Translations under genes and position numbers: made by a program | Shown: positions 1 to 8,270 of the stretch, piece by piece | How positions within the stretch are numbered: position 1 is the stretch's first letter | Layout of the letters: every line of letters begins with the position of its first letter | Notes under the pieces: generated by a model | Told to the model about the DNA's origin: nothing | The model's input: only the letters and a program-made list of their open reading frames with translations | The model's database searches: none | Virus record (IMG/VR): IMGVR_UViG_3300025229_000020 | Coordinates: 1-63,082 of that record | Reading direction: 5' to 3' (one strand) | DNA length: 63,082 nt | Source: a virus

Positions 1-127
1 ACAGATTCACTCAATTACGAAATCGTTGAATAGCGGGACAAAAAACAGATTATTTTCTCATTTCACTGCTTTGGTAACAGATCCCATCCTTAATGATGTT
101 TTTTGGGAATTACGGGGAGTTAGAACT
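1..127. repeat. Terminal direct repeat, copy 1 (identical to 62956..63082); circular-closure overlap
   Basis: nt 1-127 are letter-for-letter the last 127 nt of the window; an ORF stays open across the implied junction. Confidence 0.95.
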
Positions 128-946
128 GATTCTTATGACAGCAGTCTGACCAGAGAAGAAGTTCTAGATCGAATACGACGTTATATCAGGTCGTCATTAA
201 AAAATTATCGTAAAAATAGTAAAGGTGAATTCAAACCAGAAGTAACAAAAAGAATGATGGTAGAGGTTAATTTTACTGGTGTTGGTGGTGAGCATAATGA
301 CACGCATTTCGGAATTGTGTGGGATTCTGACCCCATTCGCGATAACGTTTTAGTTATACCAACCACAAGCCTAAAAGAAGATAAAAAATTCTACAATCAT
401 TACTTTTCAATCGGAAAAGTTGATTTCTTTACAAAAGAAACTGTTGTTATGTTGGACCAAACGTTAGCAATTAGCCATAAGAGAATAACCAAGGAAACTT
501 TTACTGACCCTAGTTCCAGAGCTATAACTCCTGTCTATATAAGCCAAGATCAGGAATGGAGAATTCGTGATGGAATTCGTGTTAGCTATTTAGGGCAACC
601 AACACTGTTTGATTATTTGCTCAAAAATTTTCGGGGATTCATTCCGGAAATGTCAAATGAACCATTACAACATTCTCACTTGCTGAGGCCCTTTATTCTT
701 GTCAGTAATGATCCTGAAAAATTGCAGTATAGCTTGATTGACGATCCTGGTACGGTTTACACAATATTTTGGAAGAGCTCTTCTGTCTCCAGAGGGCAAC
801 GGGATAGATTGTTGTCAACTTGGCACTATGCGCTTGGAGAACATTATAAAGATCCTGTCACTAACAAAAGAATGGGTGTAAAAATACTTCGCAGAACAAG
901 TATTGCAGCGGCGTACAGTAATTTGATCGGAGCAGCATCTCCATAA
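26..946 (+). CDS. C-terminal 306 aa of a junction-spanning ~388-aa protein with a central MazF/PemK-like (CcdB/MazF fold) domain
   Basis: VEVNFTGVGGEHNDTHFGIVWDSDPIRDNVLVIPTTS...TVVMLDQTLAISHKRI follows the PemK/MazF pattern (V-x-F..G.E..., viPtTS, dQ...i...R). The frame is open back to TTG 62735 once the 127-bp overlap is merged. Terminator at 1071. Confidence 0.6.
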   Translation: MNSGTKNRLFSHFTALVTDPILNDVFWELRGVRTDSYDSSLTREEVLDRIRRYIRSSLKNYRKNSKGEFKPEVTKRMMVEVNFTGVGGEHNDTHFGIVWDSDPIRDNVLVIPTTSLKEDKKFYNHYFSIGKVDFFTKETVVMLDQTLAISHKRITKETFTDPSSRAITPVYISQDQEWRIRDGIRVSYLGQPTLFDYLLKNFRGFIPEMSNEPLQHSHLLRPFILVSNDPEKLQYSLIDDPGTVYTIFWKSSSVSRGQRDRLLSTWHYALGEHYKDPVTNKRMGVKILRRTSIAAAYSNLIGAASP

Positions 947-1070
947 ATTACGTAATTCGGTATTGCGAAAATGGTAGTCTTGTCCTATAATTTAGTCATG
1001 GAAGCAAACGCGTGCTTGGGGATCCGAGCAATTTTTGCAAGACAATAGAGCGGACACGGGGTACCGTGGC

Positions 1071-1111
1071 AAAGAACCTCTGGGATAATATCTCAGAGGT
1101 TCTTTGTTTTT
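1071..1111. terminator. Rho-independent terminator, usable on both strands
   Basis: Perfect 12-bp stem AAAGAACCTCTG/CAGAGGTTCTTT (1071-1082 / 1094-1105) followed by GTTTTT; sits between convergent genes. Confidence 0.8.
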
Positions 1112-1308
1112 CGTTCTTGCTTTGAATTGTCAAACGGTTTGAAAACCATAATGTGTCCACATAGCTCACACTTGCGATTTTGTCTTCGATTGTATTGTTT
1201 GGCGTTTGAAAGAGCTGATTCTAAATCTATAGCAGATATAACAGTGACATACTCTTCACTTTCACATTCTGGATTCACACAAGAGAGAAAAATCCCGAAT
1301 CTACTCAT
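1093..1308 (-). CDS. Small zinc-ribbon-like protein
   Basis: 71 aa with CxxC (CVNPEC) and CxxC (CELCGH) pairs; RBS GGAGAAAG upstream. Confidence 0.6.
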   Translation of the reverse strand: MSRFGIFLSCVNPECESEEYVTVISAIDLESALSNAKQYNRRQNRKCELCGHIMVFKPFDNSKQERKTKNL

Positions 1309-1378
1309 AATCTTTCTCCAATCACTGGGTTATTACCAATAGATTATTTCGAAGAATATCGAGTTATTCTCGTAGATA

Positions 1379-1603
1379 TTACATACTCCAAAAGTCATCC
1401 TGTTTAACATTCGGATCCACCTGGCGCAGCACCTGGAGGATCTTTTTCATTGTGCTTCCAGAAGGTAGCTTTGAAGCGTCTTTACAAAGATTCGTTATGG
1501 TATCCTCGCTTACTTGAGCTTGCTTTGATAACCACGATTGGCGAATACCTCTTGCATCCAGCCATTTCCCTAATTTTGAACGTTGTTTTCCTAACCCGTA
1601 CAT
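1379..1603 (-). CDS. Small HTH DNA-binding protein (XRE/Cro-like)
   Basis: 74 aa; IRQSWLSKQAQVSEDTITNLCKD helix-turn-helix-like segment; RBS GAGGTGA. Confidence 0.6.
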   Translation of the reverse strand: MYGLGKQRSKLGKWLDARGIRQSWLSKQAQVSEDTITNLCKDASKLPSGSTMKKILQVLRQVDPNVKQDDFWSM

Positions 1604-1866
1604 AAAATCACCTCAGTCACAGCTTTGACCAGGTATCCGAAAAAAATACGTGCCATCCCCGAAAAAACTCGGAATTTTGGACAATCAGTCCCTCGTAGTC
1701 TTTACTACACCAGCAACCTCACTAGAGACCGCCATACATACCGACATAAGCCTACCGCATTAAACAAGCCGAGAACCGAATGGAGAGGAGAAAAAGCAGT
1801 TTTGTTAAGAGCGGAGCGATGAGCATAGCGAAGCGCGAGCTCTGAGCGCGGAGGAGGCGGAATTGC

Positions 1867-3309
1867 ATGAATGTTTGGGGGAGCGCAGCAACAGTCCTGG
1901 ACAATTACCTGCAGAACATCGCCCGTGATACAATGATCGATCTATTCGGCGGGGTGCTACTTGGGGGATTGCCGACTGTTCGTTTGGCTGATGGACTTTA
2001 TGTCGTCGCGAAAGGTATCGCCACAGCGTGTGCGTTGACGTATTTGGCACTCAAGGTTCCGGGGTGGGTAAATGATAGGGTCAAGGTGAAGGAACGTCTA
2101 ATTCGGGCATTTATCGCGTCTGGAACCTACGTGGAAAGGCAGCGAAGGGATATCGGTGATGGAAAAATCAAACCGTACCGGATATTTCCGACCATCGAGC
2201 GCGTGTCGATCGCAAGCAACTGCACGACCGTGAATATCCATCTGCCAATGGGGATGGATCCGGCTGTCATCGAGCGAAACGCATGGGTGTTCCAAAATAC
2301 CTTCGGCCCAACCGCGCAGCTTGTGAACGACAAGGCAGGACGATTCCGCCTGCTGATACCGAAGCAACTACCGGCCAAGATAGCTTACGATCTAGAAACA
2401 GCAAAGGCTGCCATGAAGAGAGCAGGGGGCTTTGCACTCTACATTGGGGAGGCGTACAACGGTAGCGTGGCCGTCGATCTAAAGCAAACGCCACATGCCG
2501 GCCTGGTCGGCGTCACTGGATGGGGTAAGTCAACGGCCCTGCGCGTGATCCTCAATACCTGGCTGCAGGTGTACGGCCCGGATCGGCTCCGTCTGTTCCT
2601 TGGTGATCTGAAAATGACCGAGTTTGGTATGTACCGAGGCATTCCTCACATAGAAGGCAGCATCGCTGTCCGGAAGGGGGAAGTCGTGGCAATGCTGGCG
2701 GAAGTACACGAAATCCTTTTGTACAGACAAGAGCAATTCCACGTGGCGGGTGCTGTAGACCTGGACGAATACGAGGAGTTGACCGGCGAGACGCTGCCAT
2801 TCGTCGTGGTTTGCATCGATGAAGTAGCCAGTCTGGAAGGGGAGGCAGTTGCTCATGACATCCTTGAAGAGATCGGGCAGCTGGGACGTAGTTTTGGCAT
2901 CTTCCTCATGCTCTCACAGCAACGGGTTGACCGCGAAGTGATGGACGGCAAATTGAAGAACAATCTGAATGTGCGGATTGCTTACCGAATGAGCGACGAT
3001 ATGAACAGCCGCATGTTTTTGAGTAGCACGGCAGCAGCCGAATTGAACACCAAAGGCCGTTGCTATGTAAAGCAGGCAACGGACATGGTAGAGGTTCAGA
3101 CGCCATGGCTGGCACCGAAGGAAGCACGGCAACAAATTGCCGCGATCAAAAAGCGGTTCACTGGGGTTAAGAAAGCGCCATTGATACCGCCGATCAACCC
3201 GGATGTGCCGCAGCCAGTTGAATTAGGCCGAGAAGAAAGCAATGACCTGCGGGAGCTTTTGAACGCCCTTATGGAAGAACAGGAGGTGCCACCCCATGCG
3301 AGCGCGTGA
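1867..3309 (+). CDS. FtsK/SpoIIIE-family DNA translocase
   Basis: Walker A GVTGWGKST, Walker B VVVCIDEVA, N-terminal hydrophobic segments; RBS GGAGGAGG. Confidence 0.9.
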   Translation: MNVWGSAATVLDNYLQNIARDTMIDLFGGVLLGGLPTVRLADGLYVVAKGIATACALTYLALKVPGWVNDRVKVKERLIRAFIASGTYVERQRRDIGDGKIKPYRIFPTIERVSIASNCTTVNIHLPMGMDPAVIERNAWVFQNTFGPTAQLVNDKAGRFRLLIPKQLPAKIAYDLETAKAAMKRAGGFALYIGEAYNGSVAVDLKQTPHAGLVGVTGWGKSTALRVILNTWLQVYGPDRLRLFLGDLKMTEFGMYRGIPHIEGSIAVRKGEVVAMLAEVHEILLYRQEQFHVAGAVDLDEYEELTGETLPFVVVCIDEVASLEGEAVAHDILEEIGQLGRSFGIFLMLSQQRVDREVMDGKLKNNLNVRIAYRMSDDMNSRMFLSSTAAAELNTKGRCYVKQATDMVEVQTPWLAPKEARQQIAAIKKRFTGVKKAPLIPPINPDVPQPVELGREESNDLRELLNALMEEQEVPPHASA

Positions 3310-3889
3310 CAGAGCAATTCTCCGCGATCTGGAGCGGTTCCGTTGCCTCTCCCGGGACGATGTAATCAAACTTCATTTCAGCGGTGTCAAGGACAGCGTA
3401 AATGCCGCAAATAGAGTCCTCCGCCGGTTGCGCGATCGGGGCGAAGTAGAAGTCATCACCAGCCAATCACCATACGTGTACGCTGTGAAGCCAGCGCCAA
3501 TCAAGCGTGACTCCCAAAAGATCCCTCACTACTTGGAAATTGCCGCGGTCTTTCACCAGATGTGTCGTTTGCGGCAACCTGACCTATTCATTCCGGAACC
3601 CAAATATGGCAAGGGGTTACCGGAACCAGACGCATTTGCCCTCTGGGGGAAACCGATGTTTTTGGAAATACAACGTAATCAGTTCACGCCTGCCATTTGG
3701 TCAGATAAATTTGCCAGGTATCGCACTCTGTACCACCGTGGCGACTGGTCACGGGAACCATGGCAAAACAAACAGACGCCGACCTTCCCCTGGCTGATTA
3801 TCCTAACAGAGAACCGGATCCCGGTTCCAGATGGTCTATCGTTCAAGGTATTTCAAATTAAGAGCATAAAGGAGTTGATCAAAGCATGA
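3296..3889 (+). CDS. Replication-relaxation family protein
   Basis: N-terminus MRARDRAILRDLERFRCLSRDDV is typical of replication-relaxation wHTH proteins that pair with FtsK-like translocases; overlaps the FtsK stop; RBS GGAGGTG. Confidence 0.7.
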   Translation: MRARDRAILRDLERFRCLSRDDVIKLHFSGVKDSVNAANRVLRRLRDRGEVEVITSQSPYVYAVKPAPIKRDSQKIPHYLEIAAVFHQMCRLRQPDLFIPEPKYGKGLPEPDAFALWGKPMFLEIQRNQFTPAIWSDKFARYRTLYHRGDWSREPWQNKQTPTFPWLIILTENRIPVPDGLSFKVFQIKSIKELIKA

Positions 3890-3969
3890 ACACGAGCTGT
3901 GTAAAATGCGGTAAGCCCCAACCTCGCCCGCAGATATGCGATGATTGTCTTGGCAGAGGAGGGCGGTGA
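3886..3969 (+). CDS. 27-aa zinc-ribbon mini-ORF (MNTSCVKCGKPQPRPQICDDCLGRGGR)
   Basis: ATGA start/stop overlap with the upstream gene; CxxC...CxxC; a terminator follows directly. Confidence 0.4.
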   Translation: MNTSCVKCGKPQPRPQICDDCLGRGGR

Positions 3970-3983
3970 CATTTCTCTGTCAT

Positions 3984-4012
3984 ACTCGTCCACGAATGGG
4001 CGAGTTTTTTTG
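3984..4012 (+). terminator. Rho-independent terminator
   Basis: Stem ACTCGTCCA/TGGGCGAGT (one G-U pair), loop CGAA, then a T7 run. Confidence 0.75.
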
Positions 4013-4114
4013 TTCTAAATCGGACAAGTCACACATAATGTCTCAGTAAATGTGTAACACCGTAACTTGTTAACAGTGTTCCTGAGATAACAGCCGAAGA
4101 GAGGTGTCTTTTCG

Positions 4115-4399
4115 ATGCAAATTAGGGTAGGGCAGGGCCAACCGGTGCCTATAAGAAAAGTACGATCAGATAAAAAAATACGAGTCAATTCTTCGCTTTC
4201 TCAGGACACCCATAACAAACTCGTTATGTTGGCCACTAGCTGCGGCTTGACCAAGACAAGCATGCAGGAAAAGATCGTCGAAGCAGTTCTCAATTCACCT
4301 GAATGGGTGAACTTCTTCCAAGATCGTTACAACAAGACCGGCCGATACCGGGTCATTCCGATGAAAGAGAACGGAAAAATCACCTACCTGCTGCCTTGA
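4115..4399 (+). CDS. Hypothetical protein, possible ribbon-helix-helix
   Basis: 94 aa; RVNSSLSQDTHNKLVMLATSCGLTKTSMQEKIVEAVL resembles an Arc/CopG-type beta-alpha-alpha segment. Confidence 0.5.
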   Translation: MQIRVGQGQPVPIRKVRSDKKIRVNSSLSQDTHNKLVMLATSCGLTKTSMQEKIVEAVLNSPEWVNFFQDRYNKTGRYRVIPMKENGKITYLLP

Positions 4400-4597
4400 G
4401 TTGATTCCTCATGATCTTAGCTGCAGTTTGTGCCTTCTTCCAGTTGGAATAACACTTCTGGCACATACCAATTTGCAAACGCCAGGCTCTCCTGGAGCAT
4501 TCAAGTGTGCCACACTCACATCTTTGCACGACTATCCCGACCCTTCCGAATTGTTTCGATGGTATCAGGATTGCCTCATCTGGGAATATTTATACTA

Positions 4598-5425
4598 TCA
4601 GCGGTAAATGTACGGCTCCAGCAGGGGGAATCTGTCAGCTGTAGCACGTTTTAATGCTCCGTAAAAGACACCACAGAAGTTATTGAAATCGCGCTCTTTA
4701 TAAAGCTGCTTGGTTCGTTTCCAAGTATCGGATGCAATCTCCGCAAGCGTAGCATCATTTTGAAGTCCGCAAAGCTTGTCCACTAGCAGAACCTTACCCC
4801 ATAGGCGGAAAGCTACTTGTCCGTCAGCGGTGTCTCTCATGATGGAAGAGGCAAACTCATCTGGCACATTTTTCGGAACCTTCTTCCAAACACGGGAGTT
4901 CGGAATACGTATTTCTTTTCTTACGTCTTTATGATTTTCTTCGGTAGACAACCCAGTTTTAAAAGACACAGTTTCGGTGGCGATACATTGCTCTTCAGGC
5001 ATTGGCGTTGTTGGCGTTTCAGGTTCATTACAATGTGACATTGGCAATGTGCCATTCAACGTGCCATCAGTAGGGGAGGGGAGCTCCCGGAGGTCTTCCA
5101 TCGGACGGATCTGATAGATGTTTGAGCCGCGCTCACCACGTTTTTTTCTCCTGGTGATCCGTGTGATGATTCCGTAGGACTCGAGCTGCTTCACAGCACG
5201 CCAAAAAGTCCGTACGGAGATCCCTAGCTTGGGTGCAAGCGTTTCGGCCTCCGCCCAGGAGACACCAACGACCTTGCAGCTGTACCGAGCCAGTCTCTTT
5301 AGGAGATTAACGGCGGATTCGGTAAGCTCATGCCCATGCGTATACAGGAACCGGCGGACAGTCTTGTCCATGTCAGATACGCTGGCGAAAGTAGCCAACG
5401 ACTGATCAATACTGATTGTATTCAT
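4598..5425 (-). CDS. Winged-helix DNA-binding protein, possible plasmid-type replication initiator
   Basis: 275 aa; wHTH segment LAPKLGISVRTFWRAVKQLESYGIITRI; RBS GGGAGGAG; followed by a non-coding, promoter- and terminator-rich region. Confidence 0.45.
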   Translation of the reverse strand: MNTISIDQSLATFASVSDMDKTVRRFLYTHGHELTESAVNLLKRLARYSCKVVGVSWAEAETLAPKLGISVRTFWRAVKQLESYGIITRITRRKKRGERGSNIYQIRPMEDLRELPSPTDGTLNGTLPMSHCNEPETPTTPMPEEQCIATETVSFKTGLSTEENHKDVRKEIRIPNSRVWKKVPKNVPDEFASSIMRDTADGQVAFRLWGKVLLVDKLCGLQNDATLAEIASDTWKRTKQLYKERDFNNFCGVFYGALKRATADRFPLLEPYIYR

Positions 5426-5498
5426 ATGTATTCTCCTCCCAGCAGGGAAGGAAGAAGCAAACCCGTAAACTCGGTTTCTTGCAATAAGAAACTAGACC

Positions 5499-5527
5499 TT
5501 GCATGCTCGCTTTTTTCGCGATATAAT
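5499..5527 (+). promoter_or_regulatory. Near-consensus sigma-A promoter
   Basis: TTGCAT (5499-5504), 17-nt spacer, TATAAT (5522-5527). Confidence 0.7.
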
Positions 5528-5533
5528 GAAGGC

Positions 5534-5590
5534 AACAATTTGGATATTGAGTTTTTGTTCGGGTCCGGTGCTACCAACACCGGGCTTTTT
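5534..5590 (+). ncRNA. Candidate ~57-nt small RNA
   Basis: Runs from the consensus promoter to an intrinsic terminator (stem 5563-5570/5578-5585, then T5); contains no ORF. Confidence 0.4.
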
Positions 5591-5710
5591 CCTTTTCTGC
5601 AGTTCTTTTTTTATGTCGGGAAACCAAAAAGCGCCCTGCACCGATCCGGCTGGATGGTAACAGAGCGCTATGTATGTCGAGGTTTGACAAACATTACCGA
5701 TACTTCCGCC

Positions 5711-5739
5711 TTGAAAGAATCACCCGAACGGGTTATACT
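5711..5739 (+). promoter_or_regulatory. Sigma-A-like promoter
   Basis: TTGAAA (5711-5716), 17 nt, TATACT (5734-5739). Confidence 0.55.
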
Positions 5740-5909
5740 AAGGTCGAAAGATCGGAGCGTTCAGTTTTACCGAGTCTCGTTCGGTGGCTGATGAATCTGT
5801 TGAGAGCGCCAACTCTCTTAGATTCCCGATCATTTTTTGTTTTCAAATCTTTCTGTGGATAGTTTAGCATGTTTTTGGCAAGGTTGTCCACATGTGAATA
5901 GTTTTCCGA

Positions 5910-5940
5910 CTGATCGGCGTAATTGCCGGTCAGTTTTTTT
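5910..5940 (+). terminator. Rho-independent terminator
   Basis: 9-bp stem CTGATCGGC/GCCGGTCAG (one G-U pair), loop GTAATT, T7 run. Confidence 0.8.
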
Positions 5941-5980
5941 ATTTAGTAAGGGGGGGGCCGAAATTCCCGCCGCAATCTAT

Positions 5981-6244
5981 TTAGACTTCGGAGTCGCACT
6001 GTGGATAACTTAATTTGTGTGAAGATTTATAGTCTGTTCTCCCAAGCAAATAATCAATCGATACATCAAAATAGTTCGCGATATCAAGAAGTGTATCGAC
6101 TGTAGGGTATGATTTTTCCGACAAATACAAACTAATTGAAGATTTATGTAATCCTACAGCTTCAGCTAGATCTTTAGCCATTGCATTACTCTGTTCTAAT
6201 AGTAGGCCAAGCCGTTCAGAAAAAATTCTCCTATGTTTTGGCAT
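5981..6244 (-). CDS. XRE-family HTH regulator
   Basis: 87 aa; LGLLLEQSNAMAKDLAEAVGLHKSSISLYLSEKSYPTVDTLLDIANYFDVSIDYLLG is a canonical XRE HTH; RBS GGGGTGA. Confidence 0.85.
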   Translation of the reverse strand: MPKHRRIFSERLGLLLEQSNAMAKDLAEAVGLHKSSISLYLSEKSYPTVDTLLDIANYFDVSIDYLLGRTDYKSSHKLSYPQCDSEV

Positions 6245-6257
6245 ATTATGTCACCCC

Positions 6258-6286
6258 TTGACAGTTGAGTGAGACTCAACTACTAT
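6258..6286 (+). promoter_or_regulatory. Consensus-like promoter with a palindromic operator in its spacer
   Basis: TTGACA (6258-6263), 17 nt, TACTAT (6281-6286). The spacer is GTTGAGT-gag-ACTCAAC. It points antisense into 6342..6596 and towards 6689. Confidence 0.55.
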
Positions 6287-6293
6287 GATTTTA

Positions 6294-6311
6294 GTACATG
6301 ATTTCATGTAC
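6294..6311. promoter_or_regulatory. Palindromic operator-like site
   Basis: GTACATGA-tt-TCATGTAC, 8-bp perfect arms. Confidence 0.5.
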
Positions 6312-6341
6312 ATGAAAGGGCAAGTAGATTCTGAAATAAAT

Positions 6342-6596
6342 CTACTCGCGCCTACTGCTTCGCTCTCTTTTTAGTTCTTCTACCGAAACAACTTCTAATT
6401 CATACATGCTTTCGACAGAGCAACCTAGTACAGCAGAGATGTTGATCGCATTCTCTAACGTCATGATGGCGCGATCATGGGCATAATTGTTAATCTGTTG
6501 CCGAGTCATTCCTACGCGATCAGCTAGTTCTTGCTGACTAAGGTCAGAATTTTTTAGGTGCAGAAGCAGCAGGCAGCGTCCGACTCGAAAAGCCAT
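6342..6596 (-). CDS. XRE-family HTH regulator
   Basis: 84 aa; LSQQELADRVGMTRQQINNYAHDRAIMTLENAINISAVLGCSVESM; RBS AGGAGG. Confidence 0.85.
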   Translation of the reverse strand: MAFRVGRCLLLLHLKNSDLSQQELADRVGMTRQQINNYAHDRAIMTLENAINISAVLGCSVESMYELEVVSVEELKRERSSRRE

Positions 6597-6688
6597 AGCT
6601 GCCTCCTGGGGTTAGTCAGTTAGAACTAATGATATCACAATCAACCAAAATGTGGCAAAGATACATAGGTGGTTAGGAGGAGTCCATA

Positions 6689-7924
6689 ATGACGATTTTG
6701 GTACGCAATATTGCCAACGTAGTTACTGAAGCAGTCGAAAAATCTCAAATGCAGAAAATAAATATTGCAAGAGAGCTTGGGCTTACTCTGCCACAACTTA
6801 GTCGTTATCTTAGCGGAAAACGCCCATTTGACCTGAAATCTTTGGATGGAATAACCGAACTCCTGGGACTATCTAAGGGGTATTTCTATGACGAATACAT
6901 TCAAGATTGCTGGCATGCTCCTCGAAATCGAAATTCACGAATTGAGAACTTCCTCTGGCACACAAAGAGTAACGGGAAAGAGGAATACACAAGTAAGATG
7001 GTCAACCTTCTTTTGGATAGTGGAAAAGGACTAGACGATCTGTACAAAGCAGGTGAGAACTTTTATAAAAATGGTATGAATGACGAGGCGCTTTATTTCT
7101 TCAACTTAGTAATTGAAAATGAACGGAATAGATTAGCAGAATGTCTGGCGTTAAGCTACTATCGCAGGTTTATGATTGTTAGAGATTGGGATATGGACTA
7201 TGCGTTTGAGGCAGCAACGAAACTTGGAGAGCACGTACGAACTTTATCGGGGAAGGTCATGTATGAGGCTTATATCAACATAATGACAATATTCTACGTG
7301 CTTGATAAGTGGGAACACTTGCTTAAATACGGATACGAAGTTAGTTCTGTTATGGAGAGGTCGAAAGATCGAGATTTATTCCTTTATGCCAAATGTCTGT
7401 CTTATCTTGGATTTGCATACAGACACAACAAACAGTATGACAAAGCTTTGGAAACTCACAAAAAATGCGGCCAACTTCCAGGGGAGACCTTTAAAATTTG
7501 GGAGGAGTTAAATTGTTGTGTGGTGCTTCTTGAGTCAGGCCAACAAGAGAAGGTATATGAATTGATCAACCTGACTCTAAAATATAAATCAGAGGCTCCA
7601 AATCACTTAGACCATATTTTTAGCGCCTTTGTCAAAAGAAAAAGTTACGATGAAATGGATTCTTTCCTTCCGCAATTTGCAAATGAAATTAAAGAACTCT
7701 TTGCAAAGAAAGACCCTTATAACAAAAAAAGAGCGATTCGAGTCCGATTACTCCTAGCCGACTTCTATATAAATCAAGGGCGACATGAGGAGGCAGCGTA
7801 TTCAATGAAGACTGCTCTTCATCTAGCCAGACAGCTACGCTTAACGAATCAAGTAGATGAATGTATCAGAATGCTTAACCGATTTGGAAAAAACGATATA
7901 GAACTGATATGTTCAGCAATATAA
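6689..7924 (+). CDS. HTH + TPR receptor of the RRNPP type (AimR/NprR/PlcR-like)
   Basis: 411 aa. N-terminal XRE-type HTH (INIARELGLTLPQLSRYLSGKRPFDLKSLDGITELLG), then at least 5 TPR-like helical pairs (e.g. AGENFYKNGMNDEALYFFNLVI, LGFAYRHNKQYDKALETHKKC, LADFYINQGRHEEAAYSMKTAL). RBS AGGAGGAG. Confidence 0.75.
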   Translation: MTILVRNIANVVTEAVEKSQMQKINIARELGLTLPQLSRYLSGKRPFDLKSLDGITELLGLSKGYFYDEYIQDCWHAPRNRNSRIENFLWHTKSNGKEEYTSKMVNLLLDSGKGLDDLYKAGENFYKNGMNDEALYFFNLVIENERNRLAECLALSYYRRFMIVRDWDMDYAFEAATKLGEHVRTLSGKVMYEAYINIMTIFYVLDKWEHLLKYGYEVSSVMERSKDRDLFLYAKCLSYLGFAYRHNKQYDKALETHKKCGQLPGETFKIWEELNCCVVLLESGQQEKVYELINLTLKYKSEAPNHLDHIFSAFVKRKSYDEMDSFLPQFANEIKELFAKKDPYNKKRAIRVRLLLADFYINQGRHEEAAYSMKTALHLARQLRLTNQVDECIRMLNRFGKNDIELICSAI

Positions 7925-7951
7925 AAAGAGCATCTAACGATGCTCTTTTTC
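7923..7951. terminator. Bidirectional rho-independent terminator
   Basis: A5, stem AGAGCATC, loop TAAC, stem GATGCTCT, T5; lies between the convergent receptor and peptide genes. Confidence 0.85.
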
Positions 7952-7956
7952 ATTTA

Positions 7957-8115
7957 TTACCAGCCGCCACCACTATCTGATGTAGTAACAACTGGCGGTT
8001 TATTTTCATCAATGTCAGGTTTTGGAGCCCAACCACCGCCACTGTCTGCTGACGCTACTGCAGTTACTGAGAATACTGAAAGCACCAACATCAGTGTAAG
8101 AAATGCGTTTTTCAT
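7957..8115 (-). CDS. 52-aa secreted pro-peptide, candidate signalling peptide precursor
   Basis: MKNAFLTLMLVLSVFSVTAVASA / DSGGGWAPKPDIDENKPPVVTTSDSGGGW. Sec-type signal peptide with an AxA site. DSGGGW is present twice (8029-8046 and 7960-7977) in different codons. RBS AAGGA. The internal Met of track ORF 7957..8163 was chosen as the start. Confidence 0.65.
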   Translation of the reverse strand: MKNAFLTLMLVLSVFSVTAVASADSGGGWAPKPDIDENKPPVVTTSDSGGGW

Positions 8116-8132
8116 GCGAATCACATCCTTGT

Positions 8133-8152
8133 TTGTGCTGTATACAGAACAA
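8133..8152. promoter_or_regulatory. 20-bp palindromic operator (family member 1) in the leader of the peptide gene
   Basis: TTGTGCTGTA-TACAGAACAA; same family as the sites at 8958, 8979, 9053, 9074, 9323 and 17600. Confidence 0.65.
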
Positions 8153-8170
8153 GAGTACCACATAATTTTT

Positions 8171-8187
8171 ACATTGTCGACAAATGT
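8171..8187. promoter_or_regulatory. Palindromic site ACATTGTCGACAAATGT
   Basis: Perfect TGTCGACA core with matching flanks; lies between the -35-like TTTTCC and -10-like TAAAAA of a minus-strand promoter candidate for the peptide gene. Confidence 0.45.
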
Positions 8188-8270
8188 CGGAAAATTTTGT
8201 TGCGGTTTCCATTATCTTCACTCATCGACTAATGGAAACTTGCCGTATGATAAAATTGTAAAATACACAA

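Noticed and set aside
1808-1850. AGCG-rich run (GAGCGGAGCGATGAGCATAGCGAAGCGCGAGCTCTGAGCGCGG) upstream of the FtsK-like gene, considered as a clt/oriT-type repeat
   Set aside because: The spacing of the AGCG units is irregular and the motif is very short, so low complexity or chance cannot be excluded. It is mentioned only as a place to look if transfer is ever tested.
5330-5862. Plus-strand ORFs 5330..5791 and 5674..5862
   Set aside because: They cross promoters and terminators in the non-coding region beside the Rep-like gene, the first also overlaps that gene's 5' end, and neither has an RBS. The region is better explained as regulatory or RNA-coding.
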